Shown here: piece by piece, positions 37,343-46,740 of the stretch
Layout of the letters: the number at the start of each line of letters is the position of its first letter
How positions within the stretch are numbered: position 1 is the first letter of the stretch
Assembly: GCA_964347565.1 (NCBI GenBank)
Contig: CAYFZD010000003.1
Location: 1-56,042 of the forward strand
Source of the DNA: an uncultured Pseudomonadales bacterium
Lineage (GTDB): Bacteria > Patescibacteriota > Microgenomatia > UBA1400 > UBA12108
Direction of reading: 5' to 3'
Length of the DNA: 56,042 bases
The notes under the pieces: generated by a model
What the model saw: the letters and a program-made list of their open reading frames with translations, nothing else
What the model was told of the DNA's origin: nothing
Database searches by the model: none
Position numbers and translations under genes: made by a program

Positions 37343-38404
37343 ATGGCCAAATCAAACGACAAATCAGAAAAAACAGTTACACCAAAGAGCGCCCTACAAA
37401 CTGAGAAACTTCAGGCAATCAAAGTAGCCATGGAGCAGATCGACAAGCAATTTGGGGCCGGCTCGATAATGAAACTTGGTACCTCACACCACATGGACGT
37501 GGCTAGTATCCCCACCTCTGCCATCGCCCTCGACCTTGCCCTTGGCATCGGAGGCTTCCCCCGTGGTCGCATCACCGAGATTTATGGCCCCGAAGCCTCC
37601 GGCAAGACCACCGTTTGTCTCCATGTCATCGCCGAAGCTCAAAAGAGGGGGGGTACTGCCGCCTTTATCGACGCCGAGCACGCGCTCGACCCCGCTCGCG
37701 CCAAAGCCGTGGGCGTCAACCTCGATGAACTTCTCATATCTCAGCCAGATACCGGTGAGCAAGCTCTAGAGATCGCGGAGACCTTGATTCGCTCCGGTGC
37801 CGTCGACGTGATTGTCGTGGACTCCGTAGCCGCCCTCGTCCCTAAGGCCGAGATCGAGGGAGAGATGGGAGATGCCGTTATGGGTATGCAAGCTCGACTT
37901 ATGTCTCAGGCGCTACGCAAGCTCACAGGGGCTATCAGCAAGAGTAATACCGTCATGATCTTCACCAACCAACTCCGTATGAAAATCGGTGTGATGTTTG
38001 GCAACCCTGAGACAACAGCTGGGGGTCAAGCACTCAAGTTCTATTCTTCTGTGCGCATCGATATGCGTAAGGTCGGCAACATCACGGAAGGGGAGGTTAT
38101 CGTGGGCTCCCATCACCGCGCCAAGATCGTCAAAAACAAGGTTTCGCCTCCTTTTAAAGTCGCCGAGTTCGACATGACTGCCAGCGGGATCTCTCGCTCA
38201 GGTGGGATCCTCGACGTCGCGGTCGAAAAAGGAATTATTGAAAAATCTGGTTCATTCTTCAAATATGGGGGGGAGATGCTTGCCCAGGGTAGGGAAGCCA
38301 CCAAAGCGATGCTAGAAGAAAAGCTCGAACTCATGAAGAAAATCGAAAAAGAGATCTGGGACAAGATCAAGGCTGTCGAAAAGGCCGACGCCAAAGCGAC
38401 CTGA
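37343..38404 (+). CDS. recA: recombinase RecA
   Basis: 353 aa; [43 protein letters not shown]. Confidence 0.99.
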   Translation: MAKSNDKSEKTVTPKSALQTEKLQAIKVAMEQIDKQFGAGSIMKLGTSHHMDVASIPTSAIALDLALGIGGFPRGRITEIYGPEASGKTTVCLHVIAEAQKRGGTAAFIDAEHALDPARAKAVGVNLDELLISQPDTGEQALEIAETLIRSGAVDVIVVDSVAALVPKAEIEGEMGDAVMGMQARLMSQALRKLTGAISKSNTVMIFTNQLRMKIGVMFGNPETTAGGQALKFYSSVRIDMRKVGNITEGEVIVGSHHRAKIVKNKVSPPFKVAEFDMTASGISRSGGILDVAVEKGIIEKSGSFFKYGGEMLAQGREATKAMLEEKLELMKKIEKEIWDKIKAVEKADAKAT

Positions 38405-38406
38405 TC

Positions 38407-39027
38407 ATGCCCATCATCACTCGCCTTGTCCAAGGTAAGAAAAATCCCAATCGGGTTAATCTATACCTAGACAACCAGTTTGCCTTAGCGCTTTCTATCG
38501 ATAAAGTCGGTGAACGTGATCTCAAAAAAGGACTCGAACTAACAGAAGCGCAGATAGACGATCTCAAGGACACCGACGAGACCGACTACATATACGCCAA
38601 GCTCCTCAACTTCCTCTCCTACCGTCCCCGCACAATCAAAGAAGTGCGTGATCGGCTCTACAAGTACGACGTAAGAGACGCAACTAAACAAGATGTTTTG
38701 GTCAACAAACTCAAAAGCCAGGGTTATCTCGATGATTCAAGTTTTGCCAGTTGGTTTATCGCCTCGCGCAACACCCACCGCCCCCGCTCTACCCGCCTGC
38801 TCAAGAGCGAGTTAAAATCCAAAGGTGTTAGCGAGGAAATCATCCAAGCTGTCCTCACCCAAATTACTCCTGAGTCAGAGACGATCCATCGTCTACTCAC
38901 TAAGAAACTTGGTCTGGGCAGAACTCTAGCCCAGCCAGAACGACAGAAATTGCTTGCTTACCTCTCTCGCCAGGGTTTCGCCTGGGACAAGATCGCTGAG
39001 GTTGTCAAAAGCTGGGAATCAGAGTAG
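38407..39027 (+). CDS. recX: RecA regulator RecX
   Basis: 206 aa immediately after recA; LSYRPRTIKEVRDRL, GYLDDSSFASWFI. Confidence 0.8.
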   Translation: MPIITRLVQGKKNPNRVNLYLDNQFALALSIDKVGERDLKKGLELTEAQIDDLKDTDETDYIYAKLLNFLSYRPRTIKEVRDRLYKYDVRDATKQDVLVNKLKSQGYLDDSSFASWFIASRNTHRPRSTRLLKSELKSKGVSEEIIQAVLTQITPESETIHRLLTKKLGLGRTLAQPERQKLLAYLSRQGFAWDKIAEVVKSWESE

Positions 39028-39175
39028 AATAACCCTACCTATTAGAAAAATATTACAAAAATCAAACATGTGCTATCGTTTATCTTTGCATTCAGCCAAA
39101 AGAGCTAAATAAGTCACTTGATTTTGTGGTGAGTTTTTTCTAAGAGGGTATAACAGTTTTTTTTAGGAGATCTAT

Positions 39176-40681
39176 ATGAGTACTTTACTCAAGTCGTTGC
39201 TAGCCACGTTTAACAAAACTAAGAAGGCAAAATCAGAGTCACCAAAAGTCGCCAAGCCAATCGTTACCAAGAAAGACGTTGTGAAATCTGAGAACTCAGA
39301 ACTTCTCAAACAAGCAGAAAGCACCGCCAAAGAAGTCTTGGCTTTTGCTAGGGAGCAAGCCGACAAAATCAGAGAAACGGCCAGAGTAGAGATGCAGGCA
39401 CTCCAAAGCACCCTCAAATCACAAGAAGACAAACTCAAGCGCATGGAAGAAGATTTGGGCAAGAAAGACACCCAAGTAAGCTCCAAGCTCGCCGAAATTG
39501 AGGCGACCAAGTCTGAGATCCAAGAATTACGTGTCAAACAAGTCGAAAAATTAGAAAAAATTGGTGGGTTGACCAAAGAAAAGGCCAAAGATGTCCTCCT
39601 TGAGGCTGTCGACAAAAAACTTGCCCGCGACGTGGCCGAGCGCATTCGAGTGGCCGAGGACGAGATCAAAGAGGCGGTGGATGCTAAGTCACGCGATCTC
39701 TTGATCGACGCCATGTATCATGGCTCTACCGAGTATGTAGCTGAGTTCACGATCTCCACTGTCAAGATCGCCGACGATGACGTCAAGGGACGCATTATCG
39801 GTAAAGAGGGTAGGAACATCCGCACCTTCGAAAAAGTTACTGGCGTGGACATTGACATGGACGAAACTCCCGGTCAAATCAGACTCTCGTGTTACGACGG
39901 GGTGAGGCGCGAAGTGGCGCGCATTGCGCTCGAGCGACTCATCAAAGATGGTCGTATTCAACCAACAAGAATCGAAGAATATGTGATCAAGGCTCGTCAG
40001 GATATCGAAAAAATCATGTATGAAGAAGGTAAAAAACTCTGCCATATGGTGGGAGCGTACAACCTTCCCCAAGACTTGATTGCCATGCTTGGCAGATTCA
40101 AATTCCGCTCTAGTTACGGGCAAAACATGTTGGCCCATACCCTCGAGGAGACTCGCATCGGCATGAACTTGGCCTCTGAGACTCACGCCAATGTGGATAT
40201 TGTGCGTCTTGGCTGTCTCTTCCATGACATCGGCAAGATCATCACGGACGAAGAAGGGAGTCACGTCGAGCTCGGGGTCAAACTCCTCAAGAAATATAAT
40301 ATGCCACAGGCTGTCATAGACTGTGTAGCCCAACATCACGAAGATGAGGAATTCACGAGCAAAGAGTCGATCCTTGTCTATATATCTGATGCCATCTCAG
40401 GTTCTCGTCCCGGTGCCCGCTATGAAAACGTGGCCGAGTATGTGAAACGCTTAAACGCGATTGAGGATATTGCCATGAGCAAGCCAGGGGTGACAGAGGC
40501 CTACGCTATCTCGGCAGGTCGCGAAGTCCGCGTGATGGTAGACCCCGGCAAAGCGACCGACGACGAGGCGGCTAGACTGGCCAGCGATATCAGGGATGAA
40601 ATAAAAGAGAAATTAACGTATCCTGGTACCGTGACCGTGACTGTAATCCGCGAAACCCGTGCCCAGCAGGTGGCCAAATAA
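39176..40681 (+). CDS. rny: ribonuclease Y (no N-terminal TM anchor apparent)
   Basis: 501 aa; coiled-coil N-region; KH domain GRIIGKEGRNIRTFE; HD domain LFHDIGK, VAQHHEDE. Confidence 0.93.
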   Translation: MSTLLKSLLATFNKTKKAKSESPKVAKPIVTKKDVVKSENSELLKQAESTAKEVLAFAREQADKIRETARVEMQALQSTLKSQEDKLKRMEEDLGKKDTQVSSKLAEIEATKSEIQELRVKQVEKLEKIGGLTKEKAKDVLLEAVDKKLARDVAERIRVAEDEIKEAVDAKSRDLLIDAMYHGSTEYVAEFTISTVKIADDDVKGRIIGKEGRNIRTFEKVTGVDIDMDETPGQIRLSCYDGVRREVARIALERLIKDGRIQPTRIEEYVIKARQDIEKIMYEEGKKLCHMVGAYNLPQDLIAMLGRFKFRSSYGQNMLAHTLEETRIGMNLASETHANVDIVRLGCLFHDIGKIITDEEGSHVELGVKLLKKYNMPQAVIDCVAQHHEDEEFTSKESILVYISDAISGSRPGARYENVAEYVKRLNAIEDIAMSKPGVTEAYAISAGREVRVMVDPGKATDDEAARLASDIRDEIKEKLTYPGTVTVTVIRETRAQQVAK

Positions 40682-40707
40682 TTATTTAACAACAAGGAGA
40701 GAGATCC

Positions 40708-40983
40708 ATGAAAAAGTCCGACTACTACGACATTATTGCCAAGTCTGCTCACATGACCAAAAAAGCCGCTAAAGACGCGATCGACACTTTCCTCGATGAG
40801 GTGGTCAAAACTCTCAAAAAAGGCGACAAAGTTGTTTTATCTGGAGTAGGGACACTATCTATCGGTAAAGTTGGAGCCAAGGACGTCGTCCCTTTTGGCA
40901 AGGCCGATAAACGAGTGACTGTCAAATCTCATCACGTCGTCAACTTCAAGGCAGCCAAGCCCCTCCGCAAAATTATCTGGTAG
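40708..40983 (+). CDS. hup: HU-family DNA-binding protein
   Basis: 91 aa; KKAAKDAIDTFLDEVVKTLKKGDKVVLSGVGTL; AAGGAGAG Shine-Dalgarno. Confidence 0.9.
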   Translation: MKKSDYYDIIAKSAHMTKKAAKDAIDTFLDEVVKTLKKGDKVVLSGVGTLSIGKVGAKDVVPFGKADKRVTVKSHHVVNFKAAKPLRKIIW

Positions 40984-40992
40984 GTCCCCCTC

Positions 40993-41055
40993 AGGGTCAG
41001 ACCTTGAAGGAAGTGCCCAACCCCGCAGATACAGAGGCGGGGAAGGTCTGACCCT
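40993..41055 (+). terminator. nested stem-loop after hup: 13-bp outer stem AGGGTCAGACCTT/AAGGTCTGACCCT enclosing CCCCGC..GCGGGG
   Basis: Both stems verified by reverse complement; lies immediately upstream of the next promoter. Confidence 0.55.
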
Positions 41056-41060
41056 TAAGG

Positions 41061-41066
41061 TATACT
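41061..41066 (+). promoter_or_regulatory. -10 element TATACT, 6 nt before the ATG at 41073
   Basis: Read directly. Confidence 0.45.
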
Positions 41067-41072
41067 AGAAAT

Positions 41073-41996
41073 ATGACTCACACCATCCTAGCCCAGAACC
41101 TGAACAAAGTTTACACCGTCCAAAAAAAGCGCCCTGGCCTCTCTGGCTCATTTCGCGATTTATTTGACCCCATCCACGAAGACAAGGTTGCCGTGGGAGG
41201 AGTCTCCTTTGTCATCGACGAAGGCGAGCTCGTGGGCTTCATAGGTCCCAACGGTGCCGGTAAAACCACGACCCTTAAAATGCTCTCTGGTCTCCTCTAT
41301 CCCACTAGTGGCTCAGTCAGAGTACTTGGCTTTGATCCCTGGGTTCGAGAGTACGATTTCCTACGGCAGATCTCCCTCGTCATGGGGCAAAAAAATCAAC
41401 TCTGGTGGGATCTCCCCGCCATCGAGTCCTTCAATCTCACCAAAGACATCTATGGTCTAGATTCCAGTATCTACAAAAAAACTCTAAACAAACTCGTGGA
41501 GATGCTCGATATTGGCGATGTGCTAAACGTCCAGGTGCGCAAACTCTCCCTCGGTCAGCGCATGAAAGCCGAGCTGGTAGCGGCCCTGATTCATACCCCC
41601 AAAATACTCTATCTCGACGAGCCCACGATCGGGCTCGATGTCGTGATGCAACAATCTATGCGCACTTTCCTCAAAGAATACAACCGGGGAGGGGATGGCT
41701 CTATCATCCTCACTAGCCATTATATGGACGACGTCAAAGAGCTTTGTAAGCGTGTCATTATAATCGATCAGGGGAGCATTCTCTACGATGGTCTCCTCTC
41801 TGAGGTCATCGCCAAGTTTAGCAAACATAAAATCATCGAAGTTATTACCCACTCTGGCACCACTACTCACAAAGTCTTACGAGCGAAAGTGGCCGAAAAA
41901 GCCGCAGAGCTGCTCAAAGATCCCGCCGTCGTCGACATCAACATCAAAGAAGTCGAGATTGAAGACGTCATCCGCCAAGTTTTTGCGGGCAAATAA
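41073..41996 (+). CDS. ABC transporter ATP-binding protein
   Basis: Walker A GPNGAGKTT, signature LSLGQRM, Walker B LYLDEPTIGLD. Confidence 0.93.
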   Translation: MTHTILAQNLNKVYTVQKKRPGLSGSFRDLFDPIHEDKVAVGGVSFVIDEGELVGFIGPNGAGKTTTLKMLSGLLYPTSGSVRVLGFDPWVREYDFLRQISLVMGQKNQLWWDLPAIESFNLTKDIYGLDSSIYKKTLNKLVEMLDIGDVLNVQVRKLSLGQRMKAELVAALIHTPKILYLDEPTIGLDVVMQQSMRTFLKEYNRGGDGSIILTSHYMDDVKELCKRVIIIDQGSILYDGLLSEVIAKFSKHKIIEVITHSGTTTHKVLRAKVAEKAAELLKDPAVVDINIKEVEIEDVIRQVFAGK

Positions 41997-42784
41997 TGCA
42001 GAAATATTTCTCACTCTTTACGATCACTCTCCAGGAGATTTTTGCTTATCGTCTCAACATGCTTATGTGGAGAGTCCGCCAAGTATTCGTTTTTTTAGTC
42101 CCATTTTTTATCTGGAAATCTATTCTGGGTCAGGGAGGAGAAATTTACGGATACAACTTTGCGGCTATCATGACTTATTTATTTGGCACGACAGTATTAC
42201 GCTCCCTGGTCATGGGCTCTCGCACGATCGACTTGGGCTGGATGATCAATAGCGGCAATCTCACTATTCCGCTCATGCGCCCGATCAATATTTTTGGGCT
42301 ATTCTTCACCCGAGATCTCGCCGACAAATTATTCAATTTGAGCTTTATCATTTTTGAGATCCCTCTCATTATCCTGCTTTTTCACCCGCCTGTTTTTCTC
42401 CAAACTGATGTAGTCAGCATCCTCTTTTTTATTGTCTCCGTCATCCTTGCGATCCTGATCTATTTTTTCATCAACATCATTTTTGGCTCGCTGGCTTTCT
42501 GGTCGCGTGACATTTGGGCACCCAGATTCTTACTGATGATGATTATGGAGTTTGCCTCAGGCACGATGTTCCCGCTCGACATGCTCCCAGAGTATTGGCA
42601 AAATATTGTTTTTATGACTCCCTTCCCCTCCCTCCTCTACGTTCCTCTCAAAATATACCTAGGCACCGACCCACACTATCTTTCCCACCTTTTGATCGCT
42701 TTCGCATGGACACTAGGACTAGGTTTAATGGCCTCTCTCGTGTGGAAAAAAGGGATTAAATCATATGAAGCCGAAGGTCGTTAA
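41996..42784 (+). CDS. ABC-2 family permease
   Basis: 262 aa; about 6 TM segments; directly follows the ATPase. Confidence 0.7.
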   Translation: MQKYFSLFTITLQEIFAYRLNMLMWRVRQVFVFLVPFFIWKSILGQGGEIYGYNFAAIMTYLFGTTVLRSLVMGSRTIDLGWMINSGNLTIPLMRPINIFGLFFTRDLADKLFNLSFIIFEIPLIILLFHPPVFLQTDVVSILFFIVSVILAILIYFFINIIFGSLAFWSRDIWAPRFLLMMIMEFASGTMFPLDMLPEYWQNIVFMTPFPSLLYVPLKIYLGTDPHYLSHLLIAFAWTLGLGLMASLVWKKGIKSYEAEGR

Positions 42785-43588
42785 ATGAAAAAAGCTTTAT
42801 TGAATGCCTATTGGCGAGTCTGGTGGAAACTTACCGCTCAGCAATTCCAGTCTCAGGTGGCCAACTCTAGAGGGGCTGCCTTTCTATTCATTTTTAGCAA
42901 ACTTTTCCGCCTCGCTACATCATTTGTCTTCATCTGGGTGATTATCGACAAAGCCAAATTTATTGTTGGCTACAACCTCTCCCAAGCCATTTTTATTTTG
43001 GCACTCTTTAATTTGATTTCTTCCATCACTCAACTCTTTATGCGCGGGATTTACCTTTTTAGGCAAAAATTGATTGACGGGACTTTTGATTTTTATCTGC
43101 TCAACCCACTCTCTGAGCTATTTTATAGTTTGTTCGCCAATACTGATCCTCTCGACCTGATTCTGTTTTTGCCTTACGTCAGTATTGTTGCCTGGGCCTG
43201 GGTGGGCACCGGCTTCCCCATTACCCTGGTTAGTGTAATATTACTAATTCTAATAATTTTGATTTCAGAGGTCATGATCGTCGCTTGGCATATTGTCATC
43301 ATTTCCGTGGGAGTGCGCTACCTTGAGGTCGATAATACGATCATGCTTTACCGCGATCTCGAGAAAATGGCGTCTCTACCTGTTGAGATCTATGGCCGCT
43401 TTGGCGCCGCCGCCCTCATGTATATTTTCCCGTTTGCTCTCATGGCTACCATCCCCGCGCGTCTCGTCTTTGGTCTCTTTAACCCATGGTATTTGCTAGG
43501 ATTCGCCATCCTCGCATTTATCCAACTACGCATCTCACTGTGGTACTGGCATAGATCTCTACTTACCTATTCTTCCGCTTCGTCTTGA
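42785..43588 (+). CDS. ABC-2 family permease (second subunit)
   Basis: 267 aa; polytopic; starts 1 nt after the preceding permease. Confidence 0.7.
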   Translation: MKKALLNAYWRVWWKLTAQQFQSQVANSRGAAFLFIFSKLFRLATSFVFIWVIIDKAKFIVGYNLSQAIFILALFNLISSITQLFMRGIYLFRQKLIDGTFDFYLLNPLSELFYSLFANTDPLDLILFLPYVSIVAWAWVGTGFPITLVSVILLILIILISEVMIVAWHIVIISVGVRYLEVDNTIMLYRDLEKMASLPVEIYGRFGAAALMYIFPFALMATIPARLVFGLFNPWYLLGFAILAFIQLRISLWYWHRSLLTYSSASS

Positions 43589-43590
43589 GC

Positions 43591-43598
43591 TGTATAAT
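43591..43598 (+). promoter_or_regulatory. extended -10 element TGTATAAT, 6 nt before the ATG at 43605
   Basis: Read directly. Confidence 0.5.
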
Positions 43599-43604
43599 CA
43601 GCGC

Positions 43605-44132
43605 ATGACCAACCGCCGCTATCCCCATCAATTTCGTTTCCAAGTCATATCGGCGTGGCTTGCAGACAATTATTCACCTCGCAAAGCCCTAGATGTTGGC
43701 GGGGGCAAAGGACTCCTTAGCTACCTCCTCAACCTTCGCGGCTGGGACGCAACCGTCGTGGACCCTGTCGATCAACAGTTACCACCCAAATATAAAGACA
43801 TCAAGCTAGATCAGCGGGTTTTGATCCCAAATTCTGAAAAAGTCAGAAGGATCACGGCCCCATTCGAAGAGGTCATGGCGAGAGATTTTGATCTTCTCAT
43901 TGGTCTTCATGCTCATGGGTCAAACATCAAAATTTTGAATGCCACCGCAAAATACAAAAAAGATTTTCTCATCTTACCTTGCTGTGTCATCGACGAGCCC
44001 ATCGAGGTCAAAGGTGGTATTAACTGGATGGATTCGCTAGAGGAATATGCAATCAACTTGGGATTGCCCATCAAGCGTCACACTTTTAACTTTGTTCGCC
44101 AAAGTACCGCACTCTATTCAATTACCTCCTGA
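43605..44132 (+). CDS. small class I SAM-dependent methyltransferase-like protein
   Basis: 175 aa; motif I ALDVGGGKGLLS; DLLIGLHAHG and ILPCC downstream. Confidence 0.6.
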   Translation: MTNRRYPHQFRFQVISAWLADNYSPRKALDVGGGKGLLSYLLNLRGWDATVVDPVDQQLPPKYKDIKLDQRVLIPNSEKVRRITAPFEEVMARDFDLLIGLHAHGSNIKILNATAKYKKDFLILPCCVIDEPIEVKGGINWMDSLEEYAINLGLPIKRHTFNFVRQSTALYSITS

Positions 44133-44139
44133 TCTAGTG

Positions 44140-44148
44140 TGATACAAT
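44140..44148 (+). promoter_or_regulatory. extended -10 element TGATACAAT, 6 nt before the ATG at 44155
   Basis: Read directly. Confidence 0.5.
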
Positions 44149-44154
44149 TCAAGA

Positions 44155-45090
44155 ATGGCTATACTCGAGGTAAAAGATTTAACCAAAACTTTTGGGCAAA
44201 ATCCCGTGATTAAAAGGGTTACTTTTGACATGGCAGAAGGGGAGATTTTGGGGATCCTCGGACCAAATGGTGCGGGCAAGACTACAACGCTTCAGATGCT
44301 TTTGGGCATCCTCACGCCTACAAGCGGCACTATCAATATCTTTGGTCAAGAACTTTTGTCTCACAAAACAGAGATCCTGGAAAAGATGAATTTTTCTTCT
44401 ACTTATACTGACCTTCCCTGGAGATTAACTGTGGCAGAAAATCTCACTTGGACATCTTGGTTATATGATATCCAAGACCGCAAGCAAAGGTTAGACAAAA
44501 TTAAATCCATTTTCCGTCTCGATAAACTCTGGTCACAATCATTTGCTTCACTCTCTGCCGGGCAACGTACCAGGGTCAACTTGGCCCGCTCTATGGTTAA
44601 CTTCCCCAAGCTCCTTTTGCTCGACGAGCCCACGGCTAGTCTCGACCCAGAAGTAGCCGCCTACATGAGAGAGTTCTTCGCTGATCAGCGGACCAAATTT
44701 AATACCTCGATCATTCTAACCTCTCACAACATGGCCGAAGTCGAAGAGCTTTGCGATAGAGTGATCATCCTCAAAGATGGTTTAATTGTAGGCAACGATA
44801 CGCCAACAAACCTTGCCAAGAAAATTGAATTTTGTCATCTCAATTTGCGCATAACCAAGAACGCTTCCCATTTGGACAAACTTATCCGCACTCGCAAGCT
44901 CAAATCTAATCTCAGTGACAGCATGTATTCCATCATGATCAAAGAGTCTCTCATCCCACTTTTCCTTTACGAAGTGACTAAAAGTAATATTCACTACTCA
45001 GAGATCTCCATCGAAAAACCCACTCTTGAGGACTATTTCTTAAAAATAGCTAAGGCCACCGACCCTGAGCTTGTCGAAGGAAGCCAATGA
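44155..45090 (+). CDS. ABC transporter ATP-binding protein with about 80-aa C-terminal extension
   Basis: Walker A GPNGAGKTT, LSAGQRT, LLLDEPTASLD. Confidence 0.93.
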   Translation: MAILEVKDLTKTFGQNPVIKRVTFDMAEGEILGILGPNGAGKTTTLQMLLGILTPTSGTINIFGQELLSHKTEILEKMNFSSTYTDLPWRLTVAENLTWTSWLYDIQDRKQRLDKIKSIFRLDKLWSQSFASLSAGQRTRVNLARSMVNFPKLLLLDEPTASLDPEVAAYMREFFADQRTKFNTSIILTSHNMAEVEELCDRVIILKDGLIVGNDTPTNLAKKIEFCHLNLRITKNASHLDKLIRTRKLKSNLSDSMYSIMIKESLIPLFLYEVTKSNIHYSEISIEKPTLEDYFLKIAKATDPELVEGSQ

Positions 45091-45875
45091 AACTATATAG
45101 AATTTGGGGTCTCACTCTCCGCTACCTATATCTCTTCCGCCACTCGCTTGACAGGATTAGCGATGCTTTCTTCTGGCCTACGATTGATATAGTCTTATGG
45201 GGCATGACTAGTAGCTTCTTTGCCAAAAATATAGAGGGAGGGGGTAGTACTCTCATTCTCGGGCTACTTGGAGGGATTATTTTGTGGATTTTCCCCTGGC
45301 GTAGTCAGTACGAGATCGCCGTCAATCTACTAGAGGATCTCTGGAATCGCAATCTCGTCAACATTTTTGTTTCTCCCGTCAAATTTTCCGAGTGGATCAC
45401 CACTTTGCTCTTGCTGGGAGTAGGCAAAGCCCTTATTTCATTTACCTACGCTAGCATTTTGATATATGTACTCTACTCGGCCAATATCCTGTCAGTTGGC
45501 TTCGTCATCGTGCCTTGGGCAGTCCTCCTGATGATGTTTGGTTGGGTCTTTGGTCTGCTGGTTGCTGGTATCATCATGCGATACGGGACCAAAATCCAAA
45601 CATTAGCCTGGACCTCTATCTATGTTGTGGCGCCATTTGCCGCCGTCTATTATCCCGTCAGTAGTTTGCCTCCCTGGGCTCAGACTATTTCCCACTTCGT
45701 ACCCGCCAGCTATGTATTTGAAGCCATGCGGGCTGCCGTACTGGGTACTCCATTACCTACCTCAAAACTATTATGGCCCACGGCACTCTGCGTGGTTTAC
45801 TTTGCCCTAGCTGCCCACTTGATTTATCGTAGTTTCAAACACACGCTCACGCGCGGACTCATCTCAGTCGACTAG
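45087..45875 (+). CDS. ABC-2 type transporter permease
   Basis: 262 aa; 6 TM segments; ATGA overlap with the ATPase. Confidence 0.8.
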   Translation: MKLYRIWGLTLRYLYLFRHSLDRISDAFFWPTIDIVLWGMTSSFFAKNIEGGGSTLILGLLGGIILWIFPWRSQYEIAVNLLEDLWNRNLVNIFVSPVKFSEWITTLLLLGVGKALISFTYASILIYVLYSANILSVGFVIVPWAVLLMMFGWVFGLLVAGIIMRYGTKIQTLAWTSIYVVAPFAAVYYPVSSLPPWAQTISHFVPASYVFEAMRAAVLGTPLPTSKLLWPTALCVVYFALAAHLIYRSFKHTLTRGLISVD

Positions 45876-45876
45876 T

Positions 45877-46740
45877 ATGCACAAACTACTCTGTATTGTA
45901 GGACCAACAGGAGCGGGCAAAACCAAAAGAGCCATCGAAGAATATCGCAAAAATCCCAGTATTTTAGTCTCGGCCGACTCTCGCCAAGTCTATCGTGGCA
46001 TGGACATCGTGACCGGCAAGGATCATCCCTCGGGCACCACCATTTACGGGGTTGATATAGTTGACCCTGACGAGCCCTGCTCAGTCGCCGTGTGGCACGA
46101 GGCTATCATGTCACCCATTAATCAGGCTTGGCAAGAGGGGAAACAAGTTATTCTAGTTGGTGGCACCGGTCTCTACGTCAAAGCGATCACACAGGGGATT
46201 GAGACGATGAGTGTACCCATCAACCAGCCACTCCGCGATTCTCTGAATGCGCTTTCTATCACCAAACTGCAAGAAAGATTAAAGGAACTAGATAATCTTA
46301 AATTTTCTAGCATGAATCACAGTGACCAGCGCAATTCTCGCCGCCTGATTCGAGCCATCGAGGTATCACACTCCCCACCCAGCCTCAAGTCAAAAAGAGA
46401 AAATTACGATACGAAGATAATCGGCCTGAGATGTATCGACGATTCGAATCATCGATACAAAATTACAGAGCGGGTGAAACAAAGAATTCAAATGGGTGCG
46501 GTTGCCGAAACTAAATCCCTTCTCTCAAAATACCATCAACCCCTCCAGTCAATGTCAGCGATTGGCTACACTAGTATTATCAAATTCATCGATGGTGTGC
46601 TCACGGAAGCACAAATGATTGATACTTGGGTATCGGACGAGCTAGCCTACGCCAAACGTCAGTTCACTTGGTTTGCAAAGGTAAAAAGTATACAATGGGA
46701 ATATATTGATAACAAAAACTATGCAAACTCAGAAAATTGA
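45877..46740 (+). CDS. miaA: tRNA dimethylallyltransferase
   Basis: IVGPTGAGKT, SADSRQVYRGMDIVTGK, ILVGGTGLY. Confidence 0.92.
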   Translation: MHKLLCIVGPTGAGKTKRAIEEYRKNPSILVSADSRQVYRGMDIVTGKDHPSGTTIYGVDIVDPDEPCSVAVWHEAIMSPINQAWQEGKQVILVGGTGLYVKAITQGIETMSVPINQPLRDSLNALSITKLQERLKELDNLKFSSMNHSDQRNSRRLIRAIEVSHSPPSLKSKRENYDTKIIGLRCIDDSNHRYKITERVKQRIQMGAVAETKSLLSKYHQPLQSMSAIGYTSIIKFIDGVLTEAQMIDTWVSDELAYAKRQFTWFAKVKSIQWEYIDNKNYANSEN

